From Camelus dromedarius (taxonomy: Eukaryota): DNA of 64,000 bases. The position numbers were made by a program, and so were the translations under genes. Position 1 is the stretch's first letter, and every line of letters begins with the position of its first letter. A model generated the notes under the pieces. It searched no databases and was not told the DNA's origin. It was given only the letters and a program-made list of their open reading frames with translations. Location: assembly GCF_036321535.1 (NCBI RefSeq), contig NC_087437.1:43898001-43962000 (forward strand). Reading direction: 5' to 3'. Below, piece by piece: positions 1 to 14,760 of the stretch.

Positions 1-2429
1 AAAAGTTAATAATAATGCCAAATTTTGTATGACGCCTTCTAGTTGGTGGAACACTTTCATATACAACATATTTAATCTTTCCTAAAGTTCCATGAGACAC
101 CTAATTATTATTCTTAGCATCCCACATATCCAGCTTACACTGGAGGTTAACTGATGTGGCTAGTAAATGATGAAGTAAAAATGTGAGCTTAATCTTGTAA
201 TTTCAAAGTCTGCTTTTTGTACTGTAGAACATCAATTTCTTATTAGTAGTTACTAACTTTATATTCCAGATGACAAACATTTATTTGGCTCAAAAGTTTT
301 AGATAGATAGATAAATAGATAGACGAAAAATTTTCTAGTGGGATCCAGTATTAGTTTCTACTAAAAATCATTAATGCATGGAGCTGTTAGCACTGGATAA
401 TTCCTTGTAATTGCGCAGTGATTTGCAATCCCATAGTGTTTTCACAAGCTTTAACGTACTTAGGCACACGTGGGGACGGAGTGGGTAGCTACCATATCTT
501 TGTCGCAGGTGATGAACCTGACGTCTTGAGAAGTTGTGTTTTGCTGAAGGTGATGTTTTTAGTAAATACCAGAATGTTGTGTCCCCAAGTACAGATTTTA
601 CATAAATTACCTAAATTCTATTTTATTCAGCACTTACTATTATGTTTAGAGAAGATGTTAGAAGTACAGAAATAAATAATATAAACCTGTTGCCTTTATA
701 GATTTTAAAATTTACGTGTATGTGTGTGTTGGGGAAGGAGACAAAAATGCATTTAAATGACCGTAATAGAAGGTGCAGTATCCTAAGTGTTATAGTCATT
801 GGAAACAAGACAAGAGTGATGTAGAAGAAACTAAAACAAAACAAATCTTGATTATATATTTGGTCAGTGAAACTCCTAAAAGGTGTTACGGTTTATGTAG
901 AAGAAAACTGGACATGACTATAGTTTTCTAAGTCTATGAAAAGTTGCATTTTTGTTCTTAAAGGGATTGTGGACTGTAATGAGTGCACTCTACAATTTGC
1001 TAAAATTTATGATAAGAAAAAACAATTAAGCAAGATAATATAACTGCCTATTGATGCTTAATGAAAATACTTATGCATTCATTAAATTTAGAAAATGGAA
1101 AACTTAGTTCTGTGTCTTAATTCAGTCTCCTTATGTTTAGGTGGGATTTAGGTTTAATGAGTTTTAATAATATTCTTGAATTTGATGTATTTATCTTCAT
1201 CAAAGACACTTAGCTCCATACTACTTTAAGTAGCACATTAAGAAAAAGATAAATTCTTCCTTTGCTTTCATCTATTCCTGAAAAATTTGAGTGTATGTAG
1301 TTCGGAATTAGAGTCATTTTCCATTTCTTGTGATTAATTCAGGAAACAAGCAGTCTGGGCTTTCCAGGTACCTTCTTTTCAGTAATGGGTGATTTTTTGT
1401 TTTGCATTTGAACGTGTTGCTTTCAGATGAATGTTAGGTAATTCTCTGTCCCTAAATGCATTGAAAACTGCAGAATTTGTTGATTGTAATTTAGTTAATG
1501 ATGTTCTCCATGCTATATTTTACAAGCAAAGTAGAAATTTCTATGCCTTAAAATAATCTGAACTGACATAGTTCATGAAAGTTTATAATTGATGTAACTG
1601 CTGACTGTATTTTACGTATTTTATAAATATCTAAAAATATTTGTGTTTTCTCCAGAAAGCAGAAAAATAAAGGAGAATCAGCCATTCTTTTGCTGCTCAT
1701 TTTATTTAGTTTTTCTATTTTTAAATAAAAAGGTATGATATCTTTCATGGTTTTCTTTTTTAGTTAATACATTGTGACTATTTTCAGTATTATTTAATAT
1801 TCTTCTACAACATAATTTAATAGCTACAATTAAATACATATGCTATAGAATAAATTGTACCATGGTTATTTATCTATTCTATTGTTGAACATTGAAGTTT
1901 TCTTTCCTTTCTTCCTTTCACCCTTCTTTTCTCTCTCTCTCCTTCACTTTTTAATTAAAACACTATAGAACTTCTTTTCCACAGATCCGTGAGCACATTA
2001 TTTATTGCTAGTATAACTGCTTAGAAGTGGTATTGAGAAATCAAAGTGTATGTGCATTTTCAAGGGTGTTTAAGTATTGTATTCTTTTCCTCCAAAAAGG
2101 TTGTACCAATGTATACTCATGTATGTATGGTGTTTTTTGTAATTAAAAATGTATTTTTATGTAGTCATACCTATCAGTATTTTCCTTTATGTTATTTACC
2201 TTTGGTATTATGCTTAGAGAAGACTCATCTTCCCAAAGTGTATGTATGTAAATATATATATATATATATATTCCTTTCAATACTGTAATGGTGTATTTCA
2301 AATATCTATGCATAAATATGTAGATATATTGATACAGATATAGATATAAATATAGACATATAAGACCCTTTGGTCCAAATAGAATTTGCCCTGGGCTACT
2401 CTTTAATACTACAGCTGCTGTTATGAGAA

Positions 2430-2630
2430 TGTTATCAGCTAATTACAGGCACTGGGTTTACAATGTTCCAGCTAAGTGTTTTATAAGCATTATGTATGTA
2501 AACACCACTTACGATATAAAGACTACAGTGATCATCCTGTTTTACAGATAAAGAAACTGAGACTTAGAGACAAGATTTGAAGCTAAGTATCTATGGCTTC
2601 AATGCTTGTTATCTTAACCAGTAAGCATAC
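2430..2630 (-). mobile_element. MIR SINE fragment
   Basis: Reverse MIR core 'cctgttttacagataaagaaactgagacttagag' with MIR-like flanks. Confidence 0.65.
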
Positions 2631-4254
2631 TGCCTTTCTTTAAAAAAAACTGAGTGCACTGTGATTGAATCCTGTAATTAGTATGGTTGAATAGTAGATT
2701 TCTTGAGGAAGAGATTGACTTAGATGATTGCTGAAGAAGTTCAAGAAGCAAAAAGGAACCAGAGAGGCTTCCTGCCTTATCTTAGTTAAGCCAAAGCCAC
2801 TGCAGGTTTCTAGACTCTTTACATAACTTTTTTCTCTGTCTCTCTTACATCACACTTTCATTCTGAGTAATCAACTTCTCTGACATCAGGTAACTGTAGT
2901 TAAATAAGGTTTTCTCTTAATATAATACAAATTTAAGATGATAGGTGATTGCCTTCTATATGGAATTATGAGCAGCTTCAGTTCAGATGTCAGGGAAAGG
3001 AATCTCTTTTGCAATTGAGGTTAAAGGTCCCACAGAACAAACTGGAATAATTCACCACCCACGTGGGTTTTCTCTCCGCTGTTATGTTTTATCTTTATAT
3101 GAAAAAAGATTCTGAATATTTTAGGAGACAGATAGTGAATTTTCTCACATTGTTAGCAAGTATGTATCACAATTGTGTTCTTTATCCTTACTGTTCAGTA
3201 TTAACATTTCTCATTTGAATTTTAATATCATTAGAAAAATAGGTAACATTATTTTATTTTTGTTTACTTCTTTTCACTATAAAAATATTGTCTCTTAAGT
3301 AGAAAAGAATGCATTCTCTTGATTAAAAAAAGACGCAGCAATTGTAGAAAATACTGATCTGGCTTTGGAATCTGAAAGTTGTCTTTCTTAATGCATAAGA
3401 TATCACTATAGAATTGTGTAATTTTTTTCTCAAGAAATAATTTACATTAAGGAGGGTATGATATTTGTGAAACTCCCTTTTTAAGAGTATGTTCTTGAAA
3501 AGCAAAGATTCATAAATAACTTTTATGGATTATAAAATTTTTAGTGCATTTTTACAGATATATTTTGATTCTATAATAATGTAATTATAGTATAAAAAAC
3601 TTCTGAAATCATATCTTCTTATATTTAAGATATTAATAATGATATTCAAAACATGTACAAATTATGTTGTATTTTGGCCTTTTTATCCCCCTGACAGAAA
3701 CTCAGTTTTCTTATCATTGACCTATATGAAGTCATAGACCTACAGGCAACATAAACCCTGTGTATTGACTTTCAAAAAAATGCAACTTTATTTTTAGACT
3801 ACTGTGAATATTACCATTGTGAATATAGGAAATTTAACCATTCTTTCAGGAGTTTCATCTCATGAAATTTTTTTTAGTATTTCAAGGGCCTAACAGACCC
3901 TTTTAACCATTAACAATTATATTCTTGTGTTTGATTAACATCATAAGAAAGATTTCTCTGTTATAATGTGAGGGATGTTTTTAAACTCTAAGGATCACTT
4001 CTTTGGTTTAAAAAAATTTTTTTATGATAGCAAAATCCTTTAAGAGGTGCTTCTTCATTAGGTTTTCAGTAAATACGTCATGGATTTTTTTTCTCATTTG
4101 TCACATTTGCTTATGGAAAGACATTTTCATCTAGTCACTAGCTGGTCTCTAACATCATGGGGTTGGGATCTGGAGGAGTCTGTGCTGGTGGTTGGTGGGG
4201 GAGCTATACATGAAAACATGAACCACTTTTGTATTTCTTTTTAAAATATCTCTT

Positions 4255-4693
4255 TGTCAGGGGGACCTCAGTATCACTGCTAGATTTGATGATTCACTAG
4301 GAGGACTGGCATGACTCAGCATGTAGTCATGCTAATGGCTATGATTTATTACAGCCTGAAAAAAAGGCACATGGGGCGGTGTCTGAGGGAAAGCAGGCAC
4401 AGGCATCCAGTCTTCTCCCACTGTGTCTTCACAGGAAGCAGTAAGTCTTCCAGCAATTAGTTGTGACAAGCGCGCAATGTTGCTAATGAAGCTTTTCAGA
4501 AACTCAGCACCCAGGATTTTTGCGGGGAGATGGTCATATAGGCACCTTCTGCCTGGCATGTACCAAAATTACAGACTCCCAGAAGAAAAACAGGAGTTCC
4601 ATGTAAACTATATTATTTACACAAACTGATTAGGCACAGTAAGCCTTTTATCAGTTCTGGGAATGCTGGGAACCCTCCTCAAATCCAAGTTCC
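4255..4693 (-). mobile_element. MER68-like ERVL LTR, partial
   Basis: Starts TGTCAGGG; collinear with 43283-43823 and with the recalled MER68/MER77 consensus (gatgattcactaggaggact...gggaaccctcc..aaatccaagttcc). Confidence 0.75.
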
Positions 4694-7559
4694 ACTTCGA
4701 CCACTAACACATTTATATCCTCGAGAAAATCACTTTACCTTTCCAAATCTCAGGGGTTTTTTTCTCTTAAATAGCAAGGTCAGAAATTAGACAATATCAG
4801 AAATAATCTCTAATTCTCTAGTTATTGGAATCTGAGTTTTATATAGACTTACTTTTTAATCTATGTAGATCAATGAGACTATTTTTAATTACATTTTTCT
4901 CTACACCCCAATGGTGATTTATTATAGATGAGGCTTACAGGCTTCTATTATACTTAGATTATTTCTGTTTTGATTTTTTCCTACTTTTATATTTTCCAAT
5001 TCCAAACATAAAGTTGTGTCTATTATGTTAAATAGCCAAAGAGAGAAGTTAAGTTACTAAGTTATGGCCTTAAGGACAATGGGTAATGAAAGGTGACAGG
5101 GCAAGCATTTAATCTCCATTTAACAGAGGAGGGCACAAGAACTCGGAGAGAAGAGTTAATTTGTACTTGTCTGCTATCACATCAAAGAGCCTAAACAGAA
5201 GTAGTTCTTCCAGTTACTCAACAGGACGTTCTTTGAGGGCAGATCCTGACATTTTTCATGTTATATTTTCAGTGACTGGAACATAGGAGTGGCTCAATAA
5301 ATGTTAGATGGGTAATAGTTGTACAAACTTCAAGTAATTCACCCATTCTCTCATTTAATAAAGTTTGCTGAGAACATAGCTATCAAAAACTTTATTCCAT
5401 CTTATGTTTTGTTTGATGTTTTTAGAATTACCTCTGGTGTTTTCGGTTAACATGGGATCTGGCTTTTGCTGTTGGGGACTTTATCCTTTTTCTTTAGAAT
5501 ATTAGTTTCTGCCTTGTTCTAGCAGTTTCTTCCCCCTCTCTGTCTCTGTCTCCATCTCTCCTTCTCAGGGTACTGGAAGCTACTCGGTAAATCATAAATT
5601 TTTTTTTCCTTTTTTTGGTCTCCTGGACCCTTTCATGTACCATTCTGATCTAGAACAGAGAAATCTCTATTTTTGTCCCTGCTCCAGCCGTGATTGAGAT
5701 AGAAGCTCCGAAACAGCACCATTTCAAAGAAAACCCTATGATAGAATAAAATAAAGCAATTTGCCATTTTCAGTGAAGATCAGTGGTCATTCAGGTGGAA
5801 AATGTGTTCAATTGTTCTTGTAAATGAAAGAGAATTATGGTGCTACTGTGTTATTTCTTACAATACTTTATATATCCTGTACTGACATTTTTCTTTTTAG
5901 TTAGTTGGACTTAAAGTATAGCTCTTTAACTGCATTTTGGAAAGTGTATTTTATTCAGAAGTTCTTTGGCACTTTGGAAAAATTCTTCTTTAATAATTAT
6001 TTCTATTTTGAAAATATTTTTCTAGAGCTACATGAAAAATAACTGAATTTTGGTATTAAAAAGTACTTACTAAATTATTTTAAAAGATGCTTTTAATTGA
6101 ATATTGAAAAATGATTCCATACTGAAAATATTGTATGTTGACTGCAAGACTCTATCTTTTGGAATTGTGTCTTTGTAATTTCAGTACCATATTTAACAAA
6201 TTACGTTTATAGTTCTCTACTTAACTCTTAGACATTATATAAAGGAGACATTAAGTACCAGTATCAGAAGTTTTATGACTAAATCTATTCATACAAATTT
6301 GATGCTTTGAGATTGTGACAGAAAATGTTAATTAGTTTGTAATTTAAAATGCCAAGTAGCCTTTGAGTTGTAGTATTGAAATGGTGCTATTTTTGGATCA
6401 CTTGAAATAGTAGATTCTAAGAGATTTTGAGGTATTCATTTAAAACAAAAGGCATTGAAAAAGAATGAAATGCAAGAAAAATTTTCCAGTGGAGCGATAG
6501 AAATGACAGAGTGGTTGTGTTAAATTATCTAGGCACAGGTAGGGCTATAATTTTAAATCTTGTTTATGATCTGTGTGCTTCACTTTTATTTGTAATTTTG
6601 AATCAATAATGTATTTATGATGTTTTTGCATAGTTGTCTAGGCATAGGGCCACAATAAGGCACACCTCAGGGGTCCTTTTCTCATTGTATTCTGTGTAAA
6701 TAATGCCTGACGTAGCTATGTAAGAATGATCTTGAGAACATGCTATTTTGTTTGGCACCTGGTGACAGAATATCAAGGATAGGAATAGACCTTCTGTAAA
6801 AGTTGATACATTTAAAAATAATAAATATTTCAACAGTGATGTAGAAGTAGTCTTAGAGTATTCAGTACAAAGATTCACTATTTGACCCTTCTGAATCTAG
6901 TTGGGAACTCTAACATGTCTAAAAGTATTTTATCTTCAGACCTAATCAAATTTCACATATAAACCCAAAGTCAGATTTCTGAATAACTCAGTAATAAATA
7001 CTTTAAGCTATAACAACAATTTAATTTTTATGACGTCATAGCAGTTTTCAAAGCAGATTTAATGAGACAGTTAAAGCTAACATGTTGTTTTGGCTGAAAT
7101 GATTCTGTTAATTTTCTTGGTTTTCCACATGAAAGGGCATCTATATATTGAGTCTTTTTAGTTTATCTGTTTGAACATTAACTTCTTGTTTATAAATACT
7201 TAAGTTATAACATTATTTTCCTGGTGCTGTTAAGCATATCTTTAGCATGCTAATTATCCCTTTCCCAGATATAAGTATATGGAATATAATTTTTGGCAAT
7301 ATCACAAATATTTTTTAAAAATTACAGTAACAAAAGTTTAGTATATGCCTCTGACAAATTTCATATGGGTAAAAATGGAAACATACTAATGTCATTTTAT
7401 AAAGCAATATAAAGCAAATCATATTCCCAAATAATTTGGGAAGCTTTCTTCTGAAGATTAGAAAGATTTATTTGGATTAATTTATGCAAAAGTACCTAGC
7501 AAAAACTTACTTAAGACTAATATAAGCATTTAAGGTAATAAATGTTCTTCTAGATACTA

Positions 7560-8310
7560 AATTTACCATCCTCAAGTTATTATATGTGGTATTCTTTTTA
7601 TTTGTATTCAGTTCTAAATGTTTTAAAATTTCATTGTGATTTATTTATTTTCTGACTCATGAGTTATTCAACTGTGTGTTTTTAAAATGTATGTTTTTTT
7701 GGTTTGTTTTTACAAACTTGTAATTTAATTGCATTGTGATCAGTGAAGGTGATCTGTGTTTTGAAATTTTTGAAATATACTTTTTGAGCTAGAATATGGT
7801 CAATATCTGTTAACATTCTTTGTGTGCTTGAGAAAACTTTTGATTCTGATTGTTTACTGCAGAGTCTAATGAAAGTCATTAAGTTAATTTTGCTAAATTT
7901 ATTGTTATAAATTTTGATAACTATTAATTTTGTCTAATCTATCCATCCTTGAAAGAGGTATATCAGTCTCTCTCAATGGTATTGATTTGCAATTTCTCCT
8001 TTTATTTTTTCTCAGCTTGTGTTTTATATATTTGTGGGCATTTAAAGTATGTGCATATAATTTAGAATTGTATATGTTTCATATTCCTAGTGAATTGGAT
8101 GTTTTATTTTAATGAAAATGCCATCCTAACTCTAGTAACAATGTAGTTTTACTTTATCTACTTTATCTGAAATGCATTTGGCTATTCTAGATTTTCTTTG
8201 GTTCATGTTTGCTTGGAATGTTTTTTCCCATCTGTTCCACCCAGACCACCCAGTTTCAAAATCTGTATGTTTTACATTTGTCTTGTGTCCCTATAGCTGT
8301 ATTTTTGGGG
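7560..8310 (-). mobile_element. old L1M fragment, ORF2 endonuclease region
   Basis: ORF 7682-7879 reads 'DIDHILAQK...TDHNAIKLQV', resembling L1 ORF2 EN 'IDHILGHK...SDHNGIKLEI'. Confidence 0.75.
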
Positions 8311-8326
8311 ATGTAAAAGTGATATA

Positions 8327-9215
8327 TTTAATAGACTTTTGACTAGCAGTTTTAGGCTTAGAAAAAAATCAGTGGAAATTATAGAAAGTTTCCATATATC
8401 TACTTACTCCCCCACACTTCAGTTTCCTCCACTATAAGCATCTCGCATTACTGTGGTGAACTTGTTACAATGGAAGAGCCAGTATTGATAGATATGCTAT
8501 TACTAACTAAAGTCTATAGTTTACATTAGGATTTACTCTAGGCTGTTCATTCTGTGGGTTTTGATAAGAGTATAATGACATGTATTTAACCTTTTATTAT
8601 CATATAGAATAGTTTTACTGACCTAAAATATCCCCTGCGCTCTACCTTTTAATCTCACCTCTCCTTCTCCTGAACCATTGGCAATCACTGATCTTATTTA
8701 CTGTCTCCATGGTTTTGCCTTTTCCAGAATGTCATACAGTTGGAAACATAGTATCTAACCTTTCAGATTGGCTTCTTTCATTTAGAAATATGCATTTAAG
8801 ATTCCTCCATGTCTTTTTGTGGTTTTATAGCTCACCTCTCTTTATTGCTGAGTAATATTCCACTTTATGTATGTTTTCATTTTATGGGTGTTTAAACAAA
8901 CACAGTTTGTTAAACTTAACTATTGAAGGACTTCTTAGTTGCTTCCAAGTTTTGATAATTATGACTAAAGTTGCTATAATCATTTTTGTGTAGGTTTTTA
9001 TGTGAACTTTAGTTTTCAAATCATTGGGTGAATACCAAAGAGTGTGACTGCTAGATCATGTTTTAAGAGTTTGTTGAATTTCGTAAAAACTACCAAAGTA
9101 TCTTCCAAGATGACTGTACCATTTTGCATTCCCATTAGCAATGAATGAGAATTCCTGTTACTTCTTTACATCCTTGCCAGCATTTGGTGTTGTCAATGCT
9201 GTTCAGATTTTAGAG
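8327..9215 (-). mobile_element. L1MC/L1MD-type 3' end
   Basis: Typical antisense L1 3' sequence (gttttgccttttccagaatgtcat; accattttgcattcccattagcaatgaatgagaattcctgtt). Confidence 0.85.
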
Positions 9216-9239
9216 TCGCTGGAGTTTTAAAAGTATCCA

Positions 9240-9395
9240 ATCGAACATTTTCTTTTGTATAATTGATGAATTAATACATTTATATGTATTTTGATTATCA
9301 TTATTTATCTTACTGTGTCTTTTTTAATCTATTTCCTGCTTTTTCATTGTATCATTTTTGTTTCCTTCTTGCTTCATGTTGGATTGTTGCATTTG

Positions 9396-9435
<40 letters not shown>

Positions 9436-10250
9436 GTGTTATATCCCATTTTCTCCCTTATCTGGTTTGGAACTACTATTTGTGGTTATTCTTGATATTT
9501 ACCATGTGTGCTTAAAGTGTAAAGCTGAACATCATTTAGGACTGATAACTTACAGCACTTTGATATGATCATCCTACTGATTTACTTGTTATTTTCATTT
9601 TTCTTTAAATTAATTTTGACATTATTATTATCATAAACAGATAATATTTGTGTAGATTTATTTCACGTTCATTCCAGAAAGACAGTTTTTTTTCAAATGC
9701 AGCTCTATGTTGGTGATTATTTCCTTTCAGCACTTTGAAGATACTATTTTAAAGTTTTCTTACTTCCATTATTGATATAGAGGTGTCTGCTACCATAATG
9801 ACTGTTTTTCATTTTTAGAGGATTTGACCTGCTTTGCCTTCCCTTTTGCCCTTTTATTCGCAGTTGCAGCAAAATGTGCCTATTTTAGTTGCTTTCACCA
9901 GAAAGTGTTTTTTAGTTGTTATCTCTTCAAATACAGACTCTTCAACCTTATCTTTACAGTCTCCTTTTCTTTACAGTCTCCTCTGTCTCTCTGTTTAATA
10001 TTATCTTACATCTTCTCATTCTATTTTCTACAACTTTTAACTTTTTCCCCTTCTTTTTCTGTTTTATTTACTCTTTTTGTTCCAACTGCATAATTTCTTC
10101 AACTGTCTTCCTGTTCACTGACTGTTTCTTCAGTTCTGTCTAATCTGTTGTTTAACATTTTTCTCTTTTTTATTTTCAACTACTATGTCATTTCTGAAAG
10201 TTCTATTTGGCTTTTTTCAAATCTGCTGATATGTTGAGAGTCTTTTTTAG
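9240..10250 (-). mobile_element. very decayed old L1 (probably continuation of the 7560-8310 element)
   Basis: T-rich antisense L1-like motifs (cagcactttgaagatactatt; ttcagttctgtctaatctgttgttt; aagttctatttggc). Confidence 0.5.
9398..9427. repeat. (TG)n microsatellite
   Basis: About 15 GT units read directly. Confidence 0.95.
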
Positions 10251-12242
10251 TATTTAAATAGTTCTACTCCCTGATTAACTTTAAACAAAACACAAAACCC
10301 CAGAGGGCACGTTTTATTGAGGATAGACTTTTCCCACCCCTAAGTCCGTTCTGATAGGTACATACAAAGATGTTGACACTGCTTTGGCCACTTCTGGTAG
10401 CCGTTTGATTTTCCAGTGGTTTGAGAACTGAGCATGTCATAGTAATATACATGATAATTCCTTTGGCTCTCACAGCAGAGTGCAAGATTGGTGTGACAGA
10501 AATACATGTATCAAGGACACATTATGACAGAAATAATTTGATACTACTCTGATTTGAACCATGACAGCTCACATGTTATTAAGATTTTAATTATATTTTA
10601 CTTTTGATAAAGTTAAAAATATAAAATCATAGAAGAATTAGGTTATGTATATTTTAAGTAAAGAGGTAAGTTTAAAGAATAGTTTATTAACTTTAAAATT
10701 AGCATGAGATTTCTCTGCATGACATGTTTAATTTTTAAAAAGTTATTGCTAGTAATTAAAAGTAGATATATACTTATCAGTTATAGAGTACACTATATTA
10801 ATTCTTCAGTTATACTAAGACATCAGGCACTGAGCATCTGATTAGAGCATTTTCTCCAATAGATCTTACTTATGCTTAATTGAATTGCAAATTTTACTAT
10901 GTTTTATTTCTGATACATTCCAAGTATTACCTTACCTATATTTACCCTTAAAACTTTAAATATTTAATTGAATAATACTAAGTGAGTTATCAAATTTGAC
11001 AATAATATCAGGAGGCAATCTGATACAGTCAAATGACTCAGGCCTAGTTTTAAATTGTACTTCTGCTTAAAAATAAACAAATAAACCTAAATGATCATAT
11101 GACCATGGTTTAGTTTTTTGAATATTGTTTTCACTTATGAGGCTAATAGTGTTACTATAACTATTAAATGACAAAAAATTAAAAATTTTTACATAGTACC
11201 TGGTATACAATATTTTCTGAAGAATTGGAACTTGTGATCATTTTTACTACCATTATTAATAAATAGATTCTAGCAAGATTTTTGCATCCTTCGAGTATTT
11301 TTTTTTTGAAGTTTACATAACTCTACTACACAATGTAAAACAGTAAATAAAAATTACCACTGCTATGTTTTTCAATATTATTTCTATTTGTTAGGACAGT
11401 TATGGCCATTTTTCAGGTATAAATTTATATAATATTGGAATTATGAGGTAGGTAGTATCTACCTGTTACTTCATTTTAAATGTTAATGGCATTTAGGAGC
11501 TACTATTTCCTCTTTGAAAAAAAAAGTTTCATTTGATCTAGTACTTACACTAATCTCTATTTTTTCTGCTCTCTGTCACTATTAATTTACGTTTATTGAC
11601 ACAACAAAGTAATAACTTAATTATATACACCTGGATTGAATATATACCCTGGAGAAATCACCAATCCAGGTCTTATGAGTTACTATTATACAACATCATT
11701 TTTGAAAGTGCAAGGAAGTTTAGACAGTGGAATAGCAAAGACTAGAACTTAGCTTTTCTAAATCAGCTTCATAGAATTTTTTTCACCTCACTCATATTGC
11801 TTGTCATAAAATATGGTCTCTGAGGTGAAGTTTCATACATATATGAAAAGTTCAATTGCAGTAGTTGATATAGTTCAAAACAAAGGGTGATAAGTAGAAA
11901 AGGCTTATCCACTTCACAAGGCAATGCATGATTAGTTGCCATATGAATCATGAAGAAAATCATGCTTTAGCAATTCAGAAAAGGAAACTATAACTTGTTC
12001 TGTGATTTTAGTTAACACTGTCATATGTCTATATCTCTTGGATATGTCTGTTCTGGGAGATGTCTTGTCTCATCACTTAGACTGTAGACTCCTGTGGGTA
12101 TGAACTATTATTTTTATTTTTCTGTATCACCACGAGATATGACATCAGGCACAATTGCTGAAAGTGCTTGTGGATTTGATCATCGTTATCATTATTACTT
12201 TTATAAAAAATAAGATTTTCAAAGATATAACTGAATTAGTCT

Positions 12243-12318
12243 TAAATTATATTAGAATTAAACCTGTACTGAAATGTTTTTAAATTATATTAGAATTAAG
12301 TCTGTACTGAAATGTTTT
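12243..12318. repeat. 38-bp tandem duplication
   Basis: taaattatattagaattaa(ac/gt)ctgtactgaaatgtttt twice, 2 mismatches. Confidence 0.95.
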
Positions 12319-12709
12319 GAACATCTTGCCTACACAAAAAATAAGTCAGCTAATGCATGCTACACCTTCTCAATTATGTGTGGGATTATATTGAATCTCT
12401 CTTGCCTATTGATGAAATTTTTGTAATTTCAGCCTTCAAAAAATATGCCACCCTTGTTTGATCATATTATAGCTTTTATGATTGTTATGAATTATATTTA
12501 AAATTGAAAATGTTATAAGATTTGCTAAAAATATTACAGATAGAGCATATCACATGTAGATTGCATTGTATTTGTGAAGAGTAGCTTCACTTGTGTATCA
12601 TTTTCTTTTAATAAGGAATAAGTGTTGATCCAAGCAGAATTCATTAAATATGTAAAATTAATTATATTGTTAGTGCAGAAATTAAAAATATATTACACAA
12701 CACATTTTA

Positions 12710-13400
12710 AAAAATAAACCTACTTGATGACTAATCTACACATAAAAAAAACCCATTCTAAGTGTGCAGTTCAGTGAATTTTGACAAATACATGTGCACC
12801 CTTGTACCTATGACCACATGTTTATAATACTTGTTTTAAAGTCTTTGTCTGCCATTGCTACCACCTCTATCATTTCAGGATCTGTTTCTGCTGTCTGATT
12901 TGACACTCCGATGGGTGTCCTTGTCCTGCTTCTTTGCATATCTAGTAATCTTGATTGGGTGCTTGTGAGTTTTTATTGTTTTATTATTGTTTATTATTCC
13001 TAAATGTGGGTTTTTATTGTTTTAAAGATTATTGAAGTTTGTTTTCGCAGCCAGTTAAATTATGATAAGCTGTGTTAGACAGGTTTAAAATACAATTTAT
13101 CCTAGTCTGGCTTACCTCTACTGCTATGGTTATGACACTTTCGGGTTCTCAACTGAATGCCTTCGGTGTTGAAGGAAACCTCTCCATTCTGGCTAATTAG
13201 AGCTTTGGGAATTGCTCCGCTTGGCCTCCCCTTGCTTATACTTTGCTCAGTCTGTGGAGTTTCCGCCTGTACCTGCAGCATTTATTACTAAGCAGACCTT
13301 AGTCCTCTGTGCAGCTGCTCAGAGCTATTTCCCTGTGTAGCTCCGTCAACTTAAGTACTCTTCCCTACAAACCAGCTTCCCCAGTTTCTCCAAACACTAA
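12710..13400 (-). mobile_element. decayed L1 fragments
   Basis: aagtgtgcagttcagtgaattttgacaaatac (L1M 3' end) followed by L1 5'-region-like sequence. Confidence 0.5.
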
Positions 13401-13464
13401 TTTCTGTTTCTTCAATTCTATGTGACTTGTTGCTTGCTTGGTTTTCATTCTTCTGTGCTATACT

Positions 13465-13643
13465 CTGGAAAGCACTTTTGTAACATTTGCTGATTTTCAT
13501 GGTGTAAATATTCCACACACCCCCCCAGCCCCCAGCCCCATGGCTAATTTCAAGCCACCAATGTGACGTGACTGAGCAGAGTTGGCAAAAGTTGCACACA
13601 ATCAGTTCTTGTGAGCCAGTGCAGCTGGTCCCAGTATACCACT
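13465..13643 (-). mobile_element. MER63-like hAT DNA transposon
   Basis: catggtgtaaatattcc...atttcaagccaccaatgtgacg...ccagtataccact; homologous to 41651-41843. Confidence 0.75.
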
Positions 13644-14214
13644 AAGCTTAGAGTTGATGATAGTTAATTTCCTTTTGAAATAAAGTACCCTATTTTCAAA
13701 ATGTATAATCACTTATGAATTTGAAATTTTGAATTTTCATGTTTGTTTAGGAAATTTCTTTTACATAATTTCTACTCATCTTCAAATTAAGTTGGATCAA
13801 TTGATATAGTTTTCTGAGTTGCACTAGATACCTTCTAAAAAAGCTTTTTAAAAAAATCCTGAAAAATAATTTTTATAATTTTACATGAATTTGTTAAAAA
13901 TTTCTGTTACATCCATAATGTTTCAAGAAATATTATCACTTATACAGGTTTTTCATATACACTGTATATTTGAGCCTGTCTTTTAATGATAGCATTTCAA
14001 CATTACTTCAGCTGTCCTTTCTTAAAAATGATGATAGTTCTGTTTCTTTATGGCAGAGTGAGCAGTAATGAATGCTTTTTTCATTTCTACATATAATGTA
14101 GATAAAAAGTATGTTATGAGTATTATTTTTAAGCATTATATCTTAGAATTGGATGTCACGAATAAAATATCTGATTGCAAAATAATGGTGTTCTGTTATG
14201 CAGTTATCTGTGTA

Positions 14215-14760
14215 ATGTTTTTTAATTGCAGTATAATTAATATACAGTGCAAAATTCAGATATTATGCATACTGATCAATCAGATTTAATGAATACATAT
14301 CTAGGTATGAACATTTCCATCACTTCAGTAAGTTTCCTTGTGTCCCTTTTCAGTCAATCTTCCCCCTAGAAGCAAGTATCAATCACAAGTTAGTTTGGCC
14401 TGTTTTAGAATTTCACATAAATGAAATGACACAAATGACACAGTATATACTGTTTGGCTACTTTTCCTCAGCATAATTTTTTTTTTTGGGTGTTTCATCT
14501 ATGATGTTGTTTGTATCAGTAGATTGTTTCATTTTACTTCCTAATAATACTTCTAAAAACAAAACAAGTTAATTTATCCATTCTCCTCTTGATGAATATC
14601 CTAGGTTATTTCCAGTTTTGGGTTGTTAGGAATGAATATGTATAAACATTTAATACAGGGATTTCTATGGATGTATATATTCATTTCTTTTGGATAATTA
14701 ATTAGGAATATAAATTGCTGGGTCATAGGGTAGATGTATATTTCAGCTTTTAAAAAACTG
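14215..14760 (-). mobile_element. L1ME-type 3' fragment
   Basis: ggcctgttttagaatttcacataaatg; tttatccattctcct..tttccagttttggg; aattgctgggtcatagggtagatg. Confidence 0.75.

Noticed and set aside
509..549. 41-nt + strand exon
   Set aside because: Weak donor (gtgatg), not frame-preserving, no recognisable peptide
9284..10143. Hydrophobic ORFs resembling membrane proteins
   Set aside because: Products of T-rich antisense L1 and a (TG)n repeat
11629..11671. 10-bp inverted repeat ACCTGGATTG/CAATCCAGGT as a pre-miRNA or MITE
   Set aside because: Stem too short, no TSD, no known miRNA recognised; compatible with chance
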